A stretch of DNA of 64,000 nt from Cetorhinus maximus. Its lineage: Eukaryota. The position numbers and the translations under genes are program-made. The stretch spans positions 177,754,001-177,818,000 of the forward strand of contig NC_135880.1 in the NCBI RefSeq assembly GCF_964194155.1, read 5' to 3'. The notes under the pieces were generated by a model that did not search any database, was not told the DNA's origin, and saw only the letters and a program-made list of their open reading frames with translations. Below, piece by piece: positions 1 through 29,734 of the stretch (its first letter is position 1; each line of letters starts with the position of its first letter).

Positions 1-299
1 CTGTAAAGAAAGTAAAATAGTCAAAAGATTAAAAGTACGCTACAATTTACTTATTTTGAGTTTATTTTCAGTGGAGACCAAACTCTTGCCATGAGCTTTG
101 CATGTAAATTGTGCTGATCTCAACACCATAACCCTAGTTTCCTCTGATCTCACAGGCAGCAGATTGTAGGTCAGCACTCATTTCTTTTTAAATAAAGACT
201 AAAAGATTGTTTTGCAATATGATTTGTGAATTTTGAAATTTTCAACTAAAGGAACTTTGCACTGCAAATGCCAAATTGCTTATGAGAACTGTATACTAA

Positions 300-8185
<7,886 letters not shown>

Positions 8186-8288
8186 AGGACTTAAGGACTA
8201 ACCCTTGAAGGATACTTATGGTTGTTTTGTATTTTTAAACCTTTGCCTATTGTACACTTACAGCTATAATAATGGAGGCTTTCTCTAG

Positions 8289-8523
8289 AATAAATGTCCT
8301 ATTTCATTACAATTTCAAGCCACCATTTTAGTTTCAAAAAGCTCTCACATTCCCCCATTGTAATTGTAATATCTGACTATAGAACAATGTGCTGAACCCC
8401 AGTTTAGATATAAGAAAATAATGCACATAGTAACTGGTTTTGCAGTGCTGTTGACTGTGTTTAGATTGTTTTTGTTGCAGAACCAAGATCATTGTAGAGT
8501 TCAAAGTGTAGTTTTAAAATAAA
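8289..8523 (+). terminator. Candidate SMU1 polyadenylation signals
   Basis: AATAAA at 8289-8294 and 8518-8523, downstream of the stop codon. Confidence 0.55.
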
Positions 8524-8739
8524 ATGCAACATTTTCTGAATGACCAAACTCATTTAATGATTTTTTGTTCCATAATAACTTGAAAATGTTGATAATTGTA
8601 GAGATTTTTATACACTAAATCTGAATTTAAGTTTAAGTGGGCAGTAACTGCTGAAGTACAGCAAGCAAAACAAAAGTCTTCCACGGAATAGATCACTTGT
8701 TACTGCAGTCAAAAGGCCTTTGTTGTTAACATTGGTAGG

Positions 8740-9550
8740 GTCAGATCATACAGCTTGAGCCTGCTCCACCATTCAATACAAACGTGCCTGATCTTCTGCC
8801 TTAACTCCACTTTCCTACCTGCTCCCCATATCCTTCAATTTCCTGAAAGTTTAAAAATCTATCTCTGCCTCCACAACCCTCTGCAGTATCACAACTAAAT
8901 TTCTCATCTGTTGTAAATGATTGACCTGCTATCCTGTGATTGTGCCCTGATGTTATAGATTTCACAGAAGCCAAAATATCTCTCTACCTTGTCAAGCCCC
9001 ATCAGAATCTTGCATGTTTGACAGAAATCACATCAATTTAGACAGCCTCATCCCATGAACCAATCTAATGAACCTTCAAATGTACTACCTTCAATGCACA
9101 TATATCCTGTGAAGACTGCACAGTACTCCAGGTGTGGTGTCAAAGCCCTATACAGTTGTGACAAGACTTTTTTATCCTTGTATTCCAACCACCATTTGCC
9201 TTCCTAACTGCATGTTAACTGTATTCCTTGCACAAGTATACCTGTCTCTTTAAACCTCAACATTCAGAGAAGTTTCACACTTCTGCTCACGAGCAAAGTG
9301 TATAACTTCACACTTCCCCACATTATACTTCTTTCAGCCATCATGTTGCCCACTCACTTAACCTGTCTATATCTCTTTGCGGCTCTCTGTATTCTCAGCT
9401 TACATTCCCACTTAGCTTTATACCATCAGGAAACTTGGATGAAGAGAATAGTAATGTATCCAAGTCATTATATACTGCAGAACTCCACTGGGTATAGCTT
9501 GCCAACTTAAATGCCCCAATTCACCCCTACTGTCTGCTTCATGTCCATTA
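8740..9550 (-). mobile_element. Degraded CR1-type LINE, antisense
   Basis: Reverse-complement of the CR1 3' tail (cctgctccaccattcaat) and of RT pieces (gcacagtactccaggtgtgg). Confidence 0.75.
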
Positions 9551-9554
9551 ACCA

Positions 9555-12335
9555 GTGAGTGCTGTCTTGGGCTGCATTTGAGTGCTTCAGTTGGAGTTTG
9601 GCGAGTGAGGGAGTTTGGTGAAGAGGGAAGATGATCCTTTCATTTTCTACCTTTCCTCAAAGAAAACCAGCAGCCTTGGTAAGTAGGATTTGGTGAGTAT
9701 TTCTACTATCCTTAATATTCTTTAAACTAGAGGTAGTAAAAGGGAGTAATTTGAGGGTAAGTCATGGTAGGGCAGCTCGGTCACGTGGAATTCTTCTCCT
9801 GTGCAATGTGGGAAGTCAGGGACACTTCTAGTGTCCATGGTGACCATGTGTGCAAGACACGTCTCCAGTTGCAGCTACTTGAAACCCACGTTTTGGATCT
9901 GGAGCAGCTGCTGGAGTCACTGTGGAGCATCTACAGGGCTGAGATCTTCGCAGATAGCACGTACAGTGAGGTGGTCACACCGCAGGTAAAGAGTGCACAG
10001 GTAGAAAGGGAATTGGTGACCACAGTAAAGGCACTAGGCAGGTAGTGCAGGAGTCCCCTGTGTCCATCTCCCCCCTCTAACAGATTTTCCGTTTTGGATA
10101 CTGCTGGGGGAGATGGTTTCTCAGGGGAATGCAGCGAGAGCCAAGTCCATTGGCACCACAATTGGCTCAACTGCATGGGGGAGGGAAAAAAAAGTGGGAG
10201 AGCAATTGTGATAGGGGATTCTATTGTAAGGGGAAGAGATAGACGTTTCTGCAGCTGCAGACGTGACATGGATTGTAAGTGGCCTCCCTGGTATCAGGGT
10301 CAAGGATGTCAGAGCGGCTGCGAGACATTCTGAAGGGGGAGGGTGAACAGCCAGAAGTCATGGTCCATATTGGTACCATCGACAGCTAAAAAGAGGAGGT
10401 CCTGCAAGCAGAATATAGAGAGCTAGGAAATAAAGTAAAAAGCAGGACCTCCAAGGTAATAATCTCAGGATTACTCCTAGTGCCACAAGCTTGCGAGATC
10501 AGGAGTAGGAGAATAGACTGGATGAAAGTGTGGCTGGAGAGATAGTGTAGGGGGGAGGGATTTAGATTCCTGAGGCATTGGGACCGATTCTGGGGAAGAT
10601 GGGGCCTGTACAAGCTGGACAGGTTGTATCCTAGCAGGACTGGCACCAATATCTCACATGGAAATTTGCTAGTACTGAGGGGGAGGGTTTAAACTAGAGT
10701 GGCAGGGAATAGGAAGCTGAGTGGGGAGACAGAGAGGGACACAAAGATAGAAATGAAAGAGGCAAAAGTGGAAGGCAGAGGAAATCGGGGCTAGCAGCAA
10801 ATAGGGCCATAGTACAAAACAAAATGTGTAAAAACGTTAAACAGACAACTCTAAAGGCACTGTATCTGAATGTACGGAATATTCCCAATTAGGTAGATGA
10901 ATTAACAGTGCAAATTGATGTAAACAGGTGTGATATGATTGCGATTATAGAGACATGGTTGCTGGGTGACCAAGGCTGGGAACTGAATATCCAATGGTAT
11001 TTGATATTTAAGGACAGGCAAAAAGGAAAAGGAGGTGGCATGGCATTGTTAGTTAAGGATGAAATCAGTGCAATAGTGAAAGAGGATATTGGCTCAGAAA
11101 ATCTAAATGTAGAATCAGTCTGGGTGGAGCCAAGAAGCAACAAAGGGCAGAAAACATTAGTGGGAGTTGTCCATAGGCCTCCAAACAATAGTGGTAAGGT
11201 AGAGAACGGTATTAAACTGGAAATTAGAGATGTGTGTAACAAGGGTGCTACAGTAATGGGACTGAAAGCTGATAAATCTACATCCCAGGGTACTAAAAGA
11301 GGTGGCCATGGAAGTACTGGATGCGTTGTCATCTTCCAAAATTGTAATTCTGGAACAGCCCTGGCATATTGGAGGGTGGCAAATGTAATCCCACTATTTA
11401 AAAAGAGGGAAGAAGAGTGAATTACAGACCAGTCAGCCTAACATCACTGGTAGGGAAAATGCTAGAATCTATTATAAAGGACGTGATAACAGGACACGTA
11501 GAAAATATTAATGGGATTAGATAAAGTCAACATGGATTAATGGAAGGGAAATCATGTTTAACAAACCTACTGGAATTTTTTTGAGGACTTAACTAGGATA
11601 TGGGAGAACCAGTGGATGTGTGTTTGGATTTTCAAAGCTTTTGATAAAGTCTCACAAGAGATGAGTGTGCAAAATTAAAGCACATGGGATTGGGGTAATA
11701 TATTGGCATGGATTAAGAATTAATTGACAGGAAACAAGAGTAGGAATAAATGGGTATTTTTCTTTTATCACAGGAAGTCAGTGCTTGGGCTCCAGCTATT
11801 CGCAACATAGATCAATGATTTAGATGAGGGAATCAAATATATTTTGAAGTTTGATGACAACACCAAACTAGGTGGGAATGTGAGTGGTGAGGAGGATGTT
11901 AAGAGGCTTCAAGGCACTTGAGTGGGCAAATACATGGCAGATGTAGTATGTGGATAAGTGTGAAGTTATCTACTTTGGTCAAAAAAGAAAATGGCAGAGT
12001 ATTATTTAAATGCTGATGGTGTCCTTTTATACCAGTCATAAAGAAGCATGCAGGTGCAGCAAATGGTATGTTGGCCTTCATTGCAAGGACTTGAGTGCAG
12101 GAACAAGGGTGTCTTACTGCAGCTGTATAGGGCCTTAGTAAAACCACATCTGGAGTAGTGTGTGCAGTTTTGGTCTCCTTACCTAAGAAAGGATATACTT
12201 GCTATGGAGGACACTGAAAATTCACCAGACTGATTCCTGAGATGGCAGAATTGTCATATGCGGAGAGATTGAGCCAACTAGGCCTGTATTTACTGGAGTT
12301 TAGAAGAATGAGAGGGGACCTCACTGAAATGTATG
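9555..12335 (+). mobile_element. Near full-length CR1 LINE with internal deletion: ORF1 (Cys-rich N-terminus and SGNH esterase) and ORF2 (APE endonuclease, RT)
   Basis: ORF1 SCAMWEV..HVCKT..LQLLE and AIVIGDSIVRG; ORF2 DMIAIIETWL, KGGGMALLVK, VGVVHRPP, jumping directly to WRVANVIPLFKK, then RT motifs. Confidence 0.92.
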
Positions 12336-12604
12336 GGAATACCATATCTACAGGTTCCCCTTTAAAATGTAATGATATCTTAAAAACAAATTTGTCAAAC
12401 CTCCCTGTTCATAAATAATTAATAGATTCCAACATTTTCCGTGACTGATGTCAGGCTAACTGGTCTATAATTCCCTTTCTGGCTCAAGATGAGTGATCTC
12501 TAATGACAAACAAGGTAAATTTTGAGGGTATTCTTAAAACTTGAGGGGTAGTGGTTAAATCTAGTACGTATTGCAATGCAGTTTGCAGTCAAATGTGCTC
12601 ACTG

Positions 12605-12756
12605 TTTATTGAAAAAAAGCTCTCCTCTTCGGTATTAAAAATCCTTGAATACGGCCTAACAGCTGAAAATCAACTCTTAAAAAAGACGCGTTCCAGCTCA
12701 CAGCAATATCAACAAAAAGTCTTAGTGAAATTAGCCCCCAAGACAGTATCTTTATT
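12605..12756 (-). terminator. Candidate DNAJA1 polyadenylation signals
   Basis: TTTATT on + (AATAAA on -) at 12605-12610 and 12751-12756. Confidence 0.5.
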
Positions 12757-12927
12757 TAAATACAAGTTTGTAGAATACACCAATAAACATTCAAGAGTAC
12801 ACAAAAGCATTATCCTCCAATGACAACCATGGATGTTAAACATGTACAATGATTATTGAGGTTGCAGTCTTCATACTCAAGTCTTCCACAAACACACACA
12901 ATTTGAAGTCATAGAGAAGGCCTGTTT

Positions 12928-21677
<8,750 letters not shown>

Positions 21678-21954
21678 TCACTGTAGTAGTCTGAAAAAAT
21701 GACATTGATTTAGAAGATAACTTCATAATATGAAATGTATTAAATAGTAATTATCACCACAATTAGTAGTCAATTCCAAATGCACTACAGGCAAAACAAG
21801 GATGAAATGAGTTATGTCACCTTTCTGCATATAGCTGAACAAGCCCTCCCTTAACACCATGGCAAGACTACCCACAGAGCAAACTTACAAAGAAGTATGA
21901 AATACAAAAGATCCTCCAGTAGAAACTGAAATCACCAAACCACAAATCCCACAA

Positions 21955-23320
21955 CTTATATTTATAAAGCACCTTCTTCAGTTTAATAAAACATCCCCAA
22001 GATGCTTCATAGGAATTTTATAAAGCAAAATATGATACCAAACCACAAAAAGATTTTAAGGCAGGTGACCAAAAATCTGGTCAAACAGATTTTTTTTTAA
22101 AAAGATGATCCTTAAAACCTGAGGGAAATAGAAAAACAGAGGTTTAAGAAAGGAAATCCAGAGCCTAAGGCCTAGGCAGCTGAACACAGCCAACAATGGT
22201 AACGCAATTAAAACTGGGGCTGCTCAAGGAGGCCAGAATGGGAGGCAGCAAGAGTCCTGAGGGTTGTGAGGAAATTACAGAGATAGGGAGGCGCAAGGCC
22301 ATGGAGGGCTTGTTAACAAGGATGAGAATTGTAAAATCAAGCTGTTGCTTAGCCAGGAGCCAGTGTAGGTTAGGGTGATGTGTGAACAGGACTTGATTCA
22401 AGTTAGGATATTGGCAGGAGAGTTTTAGATGACCTGAAGTTTATGGATGGTAGAATGTGGGAAGCCAGTCAGGAAAGCACTGAATAGTCAAATCTAGATA
22501 TAAGAAAGGCATGCATGAGGAGTTCAACAGATCAAAGGCAGAGTCAGGCGATGCTCAAGTTTGAAACAGATGGTTTATTGATGGCACAGATACATGGTTA
22601 GAAACTCATATCGGGATCACATATGATACCAAGTTTGCAAATAGTGTAGTTCAGCTTCAGACAGTTACCAGCAGGAAGGATGGAGTCAGTAGCTAAGAGT
22701 GGATTTTGTGATGGAGGCTCAAGACAATGGCTTTGCAGCTTCCCAATACAAGTTGGGGGTAATTTTTGCTCAGCCAGTACTAGTGGCAAGCAGTCAAACA
22801 CAAGGTAGAGCTGGCTGGGGTCAGTATACATGTGAAAACCAGCACGTTTTAGGATGATTTCGCTTAGGGCAGCATGTACATGAGCAACAGGAGGGGGTGA
22901 AGGATAGATTTTTGGGGGACACCAGAGGTAACAGTGCAGGAACAGCAAGTGAAGCCATTGCATGTGACAATGATGACAATTAGACAAGAATGGATTCAGT
23001 CCCACTTTGCTGAATGATGGACAGGCATGAGGAGAAAGCTGTAGTCAATCATGAAGGCTGCAGACTGGGCTCAAAAGACAAGGGGGGGATAAGTTTACCT
23101 TTGTCATTTGTGACTTTTATAGGAGCCATTTTGTTACTTTGGCAGAGACAGAAACCTGACTGGAGGGATTCAAATATCAAGTAGCAAGAAAGATGGCACA
23201 GGTTTGGAAGGGGACAGCACAACAGAAAGAGGAGATTGCAAATGGGGTGGTACTTTGCAAGATGTAGGATGTCAAGAGTTTGTTTTTGAGGACAGGGGTG
23301 GTGACAGCAGATTTGAAAGT
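21955..23320 (-). mobile_element. L2-clade LINE fragment
   Basis: Minus-strand FESLQSGFC..MAPIKVTND, FHMYTDPSQLYL, KLGIICDPDMSF, with an L2-like 3' tail. Confidence 0.8.
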
Positions 23321-24629
23321 TCAATAATGCATCATAAAAGTTATACAAAACAGAGCCCTTAAACTCGAGTTGTAGCATTTGACATAATATAACCCCCCTT
23401 CCCCCAACCCCACCTTCTGCACAGTGAATGGGTGCATAATTTCCTCTTTCAACCCATATTAAATACAAATCACAGAACAGCCTGCTCCTGTGCTGTAAAT
23501 TCTTCGGTTTCTTGCATCTTTATGCTAGCATTAGAAAATTTGTTTTAACCGCCTGCCCTGCCCTCGTTCTCACCCACCAAAATCCTGATTTCTCCCCCTT
23601 CACATATTATTGATCAGAAATTGGGAAAACTATCCTGCTCTTCAAGTATTGCCCTGGGACCCTCTACATCCACTTGAGCGAGGCAGGTGGAGTCAGTTTA
23701 ATGTCTTCTCTGAAAGACAGGAACTTTGGTACTGAACTTCTGCACTTAAATTTCTGGAGTTAGACACGGAACACACAGCATTCTCACTCAAGAGACAGGA
23801 GTGCTACTACCAAGCTTAGAGCCCATGTCTCTCCCACTGTATCTTCTTCAAAGTTCCAATTCTTCTAATGCACAAAGAGGGGGAAGAAATCTCACTGAAC
23901 AAACCTAATTTCTTTGCATCTTTCTTGTGTATTAATTTTTTCTCAATCACACAGCAGAGAAGGGTTAAAAAATTAAGAAAGCAAGCCAGTAGAGGGAATT
24001 TTAAGACAGACCTAACTGAATGGTGTAACATGTTCAGAGGCCTGAATGGGTGTGTCCTGTTCCCATCTTCCTAGGACATTCACCAAGTTCTTTGAAAGAG
24101 CTATCCAATTAGTCCTCCCCTGCAAATTTCTCCTTTTCAATTATACATCCAATTCCCTTTTGAAAGTTGCAATTGAATTTGCTTACACTGCCCTTTCAAG
24201 TCTTATATTCCTCTAAGTTTCTTCTCTTTACCCACTTGATTGAATGCATCATTCTGAATTGTAATTGCTCATAAGTATTTGCGCCACCCACATCCTCCCT
24301 TAGAGTTTTCCTCTGGAAACTGGACCAGTTCTAAGATGTCTGGCCAAAGATGATGACAACATGGTGGCAAATTCTGAGTTTTGTATTTCAGTCCATAGGT
24401 TTGAAATAGCAGATTTAAAAAGAAGTTGATTTTCATAGAAAGACCAGACTGATTGTGCTGGAAACTAGTCAGGCTATAGAGAATTATTGTTCTAAAGCAA
24501 ACAAAATGAACACAATCAAGGCATTGAGAGGTACTTGGTATTCAAAGTAGGTCCTTAATTTTGATGAATGATTCAACTTTGATGCAACAGGGGTGGTCAT
24601 CTGGCCCATCATGCTTGGGCCAGCTCTTG

Positions 24630-25070
24630 AAAAGAACATTAAGAAATAGAAGTTGAAGTGGGACAAATGGTTCCTGGAGCCTGCTCCACCATTTGATAAG
24701 GTCATGGCTGAACTTTCTTCCTCAACTCCATGTGCTTGCGCTACCCCATATCCCTTAGTATCCAACCCTCTGTCTTGAATATACTCAACAACTGAGCAGC
24801 CACATCTCTCTGGGTAGAGAATTCCAAGATTCACAACCATCTGAGAGAAGACATTTCTCATCTCAGTTCTAGATGGACAACTTGCTTTGAGACTACGACC
24901 CCATAGTTCTAGATTCCCCAGCCAGGGGAAACATCATCTCAGAATCTTATTTTTCAACAAAATCGCCTTCAAGTCTTCTGAACTCCTGAGAATATAGGCC
25001 CATTCTACTCAAATTCCCATCATAGGCCAACCTTTTCGTCCCAAGGAATCAATGTAGCAAAGCTTCACTG
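24630..25070 (-). mobile_element. CR1-type 3' fragment
   Basis: MRNVFSQMVVNL motif and CR1 3' UTR, antisense. Confidence 0.75.
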
Positions 25071-25099
25071 CACACAAAGCAATTAAGTTGTGTTGGTCT

Positions 25100-26047
25100 T
25101 GTCTTGTTTCTTTCTTTATCCCCATATGTTGCATTCAGGATTGTTGCCATGTAGCTGCTCACACCTCATTTAGATGCCTTTTTTTTATTCTATCCTTTAG
25201 CCTCATTGGCTGTTGCATCATGAAATCTTTTGTTATTTTATCTCCCCTGCCCCCCCCCCCCACCCCACCCCACCCATCATAGACCTTTTTTGTTCTTCCT
25301 ACCCCACTCCTTCCACTGGCTTAAAAGCTCTCAAGTTTCTATCTTTCTTCAGTTCTGATGAAAAGTCACCTCAACCTAAAAAGTTAACTCTGTCTCTCCA
25401 CAGATGCTGCCTGATCCAGAGTATTCCCAGCTTTTTCTTTTGTTTTTATGGACTTCAGATAGATATGCAGGTGCGCTAAAAAACTGGCAAATTCTCTTGA
25501 AACCCATCAAGGTGGGGAATGCAAATAAAATGGGTGACTGCCAACAAACCACAAACACCCCACACCTAGACTGAGAAGAGACAGGCAAGAATAAAAACAC
25601 AAAGCACTGGAAAAAAGCTCAGCCTGTCTGACAGCATCTGTGGTGATAGAAACAGAGTTTACATTGAGTCCAACAGGATGTTTCTTCGAAACCAGTTCCG
25701 AAGGAGTAATTTTTGACTCCAAACATTAACTTTATTTTTCTCTCTCCACGGATGCACCAGGCAAGCCACATATTTCCAGCACTTTTGTTTCTATTTCAGA
25801 TCTCCAGCTGTATTCTGCTTTTTACATAGAGAGATAGGCAGAGGGTTTTGTATTGTAAATGGGTGCAGTGATGATCACACACATGGGGCACAAAGTTGGG
25901 CTTCCCAGCCAGGCATAGTCAATCTTCTGAAGAAGGGTCATACAGACTCGAAATGTTAACTGTCTTTCTCTCCACAGATGCTGTCCGACCTGCTGAGTTT
26001 TTCCAGCACTTCGTTTCAGATTTCCAGCAACCGCAGTACTTTGCCTT
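25100..26047. mobile_element. Cluster of degenerate Penelope terminal units, including an old fold-back at about 25590-25820
   Basis: Repeated CTGAnGA...GAAA..ttaact..ctctccacagatgctg units at about 25350, 25695 and 25927, and inverted at about 25590-25690. Confidence 0.7.
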
Positions 26048-26050
26048 TAC

Positions 26051-26170
26051 CTGGAGTCACGTGGGAACTGAACGCTCGGTCACGTGACAGGCAGCAAGAG
26101 TCACGTGGTCGGTTGCCGGAAGTGACGTCGGCCACACCGGCGCCGGGAGGATGGGGGAGGGGGGCGGCGA
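26051..26170 (-). promoter_or_regulatory. GC-rich motif cluster in DNAJA1 intron 1: three GTCACGTG E-boxes plus an overlapping ETS/CRE site
   Basis: CACGTG at 26058, 26081 and 26102; CCGGAAGTGACGTC at 26116-26129; minus-strand donor CAG|GTAAAG at 26051/26050. Confidence 0.6.
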
Positions 26171-26671
26171 CAGCGAGGACACGGACTTGCCGCCCTCGTG
26201 TTTCAATCAATTAAATCCGGGATATATATATAATTAAAATTTAAATTAATAACAACCCCTGAAAAGACGCCAAGGGCGTCTCGAATCTAACATCCGAAAG
26301 AGAAACGAACAGAGGTTAGAGCCCAGCGTATCTTATTTATTTAGATAAAAGAGCCGGCGACGCGTAACCGGCAAAAAAACCGCAACGCGGCTATTGTTCC
26401 CCCGGCGGATCAAAAAAAAGACTGAAGGAAATAGCGCATAACTCCGATCAATTCATATAAAAAATACGTTTATGTTAAAGAACACCTCCCCCACACACAC
26501 GGAAAAGCTGGAATAGCCTCGACGGAAATTTTTTTTAAAACTAGAAGCTTCCCCTGATCATCCCGTCAAAAACCCCAGTTAATAAAATATAAATCATTCT
26601 CCAGATCCAAAGGGTAAAAACTCTTTCATGAGAATCTCTTGTCAGTGGGACCCCAGGAGCTCTGGGCTTAC

Positions 26672-26930
26672 CTCGAAGCTGCTCCTAGCAAAGCGGTGGA
26701 AACGCCGGGACGCTTCTAGAAATTTCTGCGCTTGCCGGCTCATCCGGGTCCCCCGGACGCGGCCGCGTGCTGACGTCACCCGCCCGGAAGTGTTGAGCCG
26801 CCGCCTCCACCCCCTTACTGAGCATGCGCGGAGCGCTGGCACTCAAGCAATGGCAACTCCCCCATCCGCTATGCTTGATTGCAGCACAAGCGCAACTCCA
26901 TAAACTGAGAAAGGCAGAACCTTCTGGAAA
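26672..26930 (-). promoter_or_regulatory. DNAJA1: DNAJA1 non-coding exon 1 and CpG-rich promoter with heat-shock elements
   Basis: Donor GAG|GTAAGC at 26672/26671; perfect three-unit HSEs cTTCtaGAAatTTCt (26713-26727) and aGAAccTTCtgGAAa (26916-26930); CRE TGACGTCA 26771-26778; ETS CCGGAAGT 26784-26791. Confidence 0.8.
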
Positions 26931-27129
26931 ATGCACAGTGTACCACCCCACCCCCAACCAAGGCGGTGGTTTCCTTCACCGCCCCCCGGATTGCCCTGGA
27001 GTCTCCAGGAATTGAAGATCAATTTCCAGGACGCTGCTGTGTGCAACCCTGGAGATATAGGGACATTAAAAAATCGATAGTTTTTTGTCATTTTCTTTGA
27101 AGATTTCTCCTTACCATTTGTAAACATAT

Positions 27130-27330
27130 TGAAAATGGAGGGGGAGAAAAGCTGTTTGGCTACCAGTCAAGCATCATCCAATTGGGTAATTCTTTTGCTT
27201 TCCAATTGGCGTAGGAAGGCACTGGGCAGTACGCCACAAGGATGGATGTGTTGGTCAATTAATGGCAAAAGAGTGGGGTCAAGTCATGTGATGAAACCTC
27301 CAGGCATATATTTAGTCACAGTTGGCATGA
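27130..27330 (-). repeat. Interspersed repeat (MITE-like); second copy at 62370-62590 in the opposite orientation
   Basis: The two ORF-track translations are homologous (RGWMCWxxNG..SHVMKPPGI); the 62370 copy begins tagggttgccaac. Confidence 0.7.
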
Positions 27331-27469
27331 CGCCCATTCAGCTGTTCAGTTCAGGGCAGCCACCGTGCCTCATAGTAGCACTCCATGTGTGTTTCTGAGT
27401 CAGAAAGATTAGCAGGTTCAAGCCCCACACTACCCACGCTGCCCCCCCAACTCCAGAGATTTCAATTGA

Positions 27470-27760
27470 GACGTTAAACTCATAGCCAACCCACCTTATC
27501 TGGTAGACACAAAGATCCTGTTTCACTATTTTGAAGAAATTAGGAGTTCTCGCTGTGTCCTGACCAATACTTATCCCTCAACCGAAAGCCACTCAAATTA
27601 TCGGGCCATGATCATCTTTCTGTTCGAGGGAGTTCACTGCGTGCAAATCAGCTGCCATGTTTCTACAGGTCAATGCTTCAAAAATACTGCATTGGCTGTA
27701 AAATGTTTTGGATCGTCCTGGGATTGTGCAAGGGCTATATAGATGCAAGATATTTCTTTT
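27470..27760 (+). mobile_element. SINE fragment, Deu-domain-like family
   Basis: Homologous to the 3' half of 48295-48760. Confidence 0.6.
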
Positions 27761-28329
27761 CCAATGAGATTTTTGTCTCTTTCCCCTTTTCACGTTTGAC
27801 CATGTGCCTCCTGAAACTCTTCTACAGCCACATCTCTTTCTTCAAGAAGCTAACTGCCTTAAAAGTTCTCATTAAAGGTCACCAGCTAGAAACTTTAGCT
27901 GTTTCTTTGGCCACAGATATTGCTTGACCTGCTAAGAGTTTCCAGCATTTCCTGTTTTTATTACTGATTGAAGCAGTCCCAGATTGTATTGATAAGCACT
28001 AGATTTAAAAAAAACACATGAAACAAAAACAGAAAATGCTAATATAAAAGCAAAATACTGCGGAGGCTGGAAATCGGAAATAAAAAAAGAAAATTCTTGA
28101 AAAATTCATCAGGTCTGTTTTTGGTTTTGATTTCTAGTATTTGCGCTTTTTTGATTTTGTGAAACAAAACAGTAGCCCAGAAAGCTCTGAGAGCACATTG
28201 TGTTTTGTAAACAAAACATGAGGAGAAGATAGACTATTTCTGCCTTTGTACAGTGTCTGTATCATTGTAATTAAATTATAACATTACCAGAACAAAAAGG
28301 ACTTACATAGGAGAGATAAGTTACATTTT

Positions 28330-29280
28330 TTTATTCAATCACAGCATGTGGCCATCGCTGGCAAGGCCAGCATTTATATCTCATCCCTAATTGCCTATGA
28401 GAAGATGGTGATGAGCCATCTTCTTGAACCATTGCAGAGCATTTGGTGTAGGTACACCCACAGATCCATTAAGGAGTTCCAATCGAGTGACAATGAAGGA
28501 ATGGCGATATGTTTCCAGGTCATTTTGGAGGGAAACTTTCAGGTGGTGGTGTTTCCATACACCAGCTGCCCTTGTGAGTGCTAGAGGTTGGGAGGTGCTG
28601 TCATAGAAGCCTTGGTGAGTTGTTGCAGTGCATCTTATTCTGCAGCCACTGTGCATCGGAGGGAGTAAATGTTCAAGGTCGTGGATAGGCTGCCGGTCAC
28701 TGGACTGCTTTGTCCTGCATGGTATCAGTGTTATTCCAGTCATCTAAGCAAGTGAAGAATATCACATTCCTAACTTGTGCCTTGTAGATGACGGAAAAGC
28801 ATTGGGGAGTCAGGAAGTGACTTATTTGCTGCAGGATACCCAGATGCTGACCTGCTCTTGCAGCCACAGTATTTATGTTTATGATATACCCAGGTTCCCA
28901 GACAATGACCCCCAGGATGTTGGTAGTGGAGATTCAACAATGATAATGGCATAGAATGTCAAGGGGAGGTGGGTAAACTCTTTCTTGTTGCAGGTAGTCA
29001 TTGCCTAGCACTTGTGTGGCTGAAAATTACTTGCCACTTATTAACCCAAGTTTGAATATTGTCCATGCCTGTTTCATTAGCTGAGGAGTCACGAATGGTT
29101 ATTGAACACTGTGCAATCATCAGCGAACATCCCTACCCCTGACCTTATGATGGAGGGAAGGTCATTGATGAAGCAGCTGAAAATGGTAGGGCCCAGGACA
29201 CTACCCTGAGGTCTCCTGCAACAATATCCTGGGGCTGAGAATTGGTCTCCAACAACCACAACCGTCTTCATTTGTGTTAG
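28330..29280 (-). mobile_element. CR1-like LINE 3' fragment whose tail is shared with a SINE family
   Basis: [28 protein letters not shown]; 3' tail ggcaattaggga...ctggccttgccagcgat. Confidence 0.85.
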
Positions 29281-29734
29281 TGTTATGAAACCATGTTTTA
29301 TGGAAAAAAATTACTTTATGAATTTGCAGCCTGGAAACCAATATTTGAATTTTTAGGAAGATTTAAACCACATTTCAATGACTTGTAATCACTATCAAAG
29401 ATGACTACACATTTGCATCACTGGACCATCTACATTTCAAGGCCATTAAGTGGAGCCAACATGTATGCATAGCCTCACCAGGAACAATTGCCTTGAAGGA
29501 GTATGAATAGGGGCCTCTCCTACTCATTAGGAAAGCAGTCAATCACTTGGGTACTCAAATGGTGGAGACAAACCAGCATTAGAGATAATCACTTCAGACA
29601 AAGGACTTTGGTTGAGAGAGGAATTCCCAACTCTAATGCAATCAAGTGGAATACAGTAGCCATGACCATATTTGGGTCACTGGACAGTAGGCGAGCAAAA
29701 GTCTGTACTATACCAGTATACTAAATTGAAAGAA

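Noticed and set aside
10908-11420. 170-aa ORF as a possible host nuclease gene
   Set aside because: It is the APE endonuclease part of a CR1 ORF2 fused across an internal deletion.
28019-28173. Possible further mini fold-back element with a TGAAACAAAA flanking repeat
   Set aside because: The flanking repeat is low-complexity and resembles the element's own A-rich end, so it cannot be counted as a TSD.
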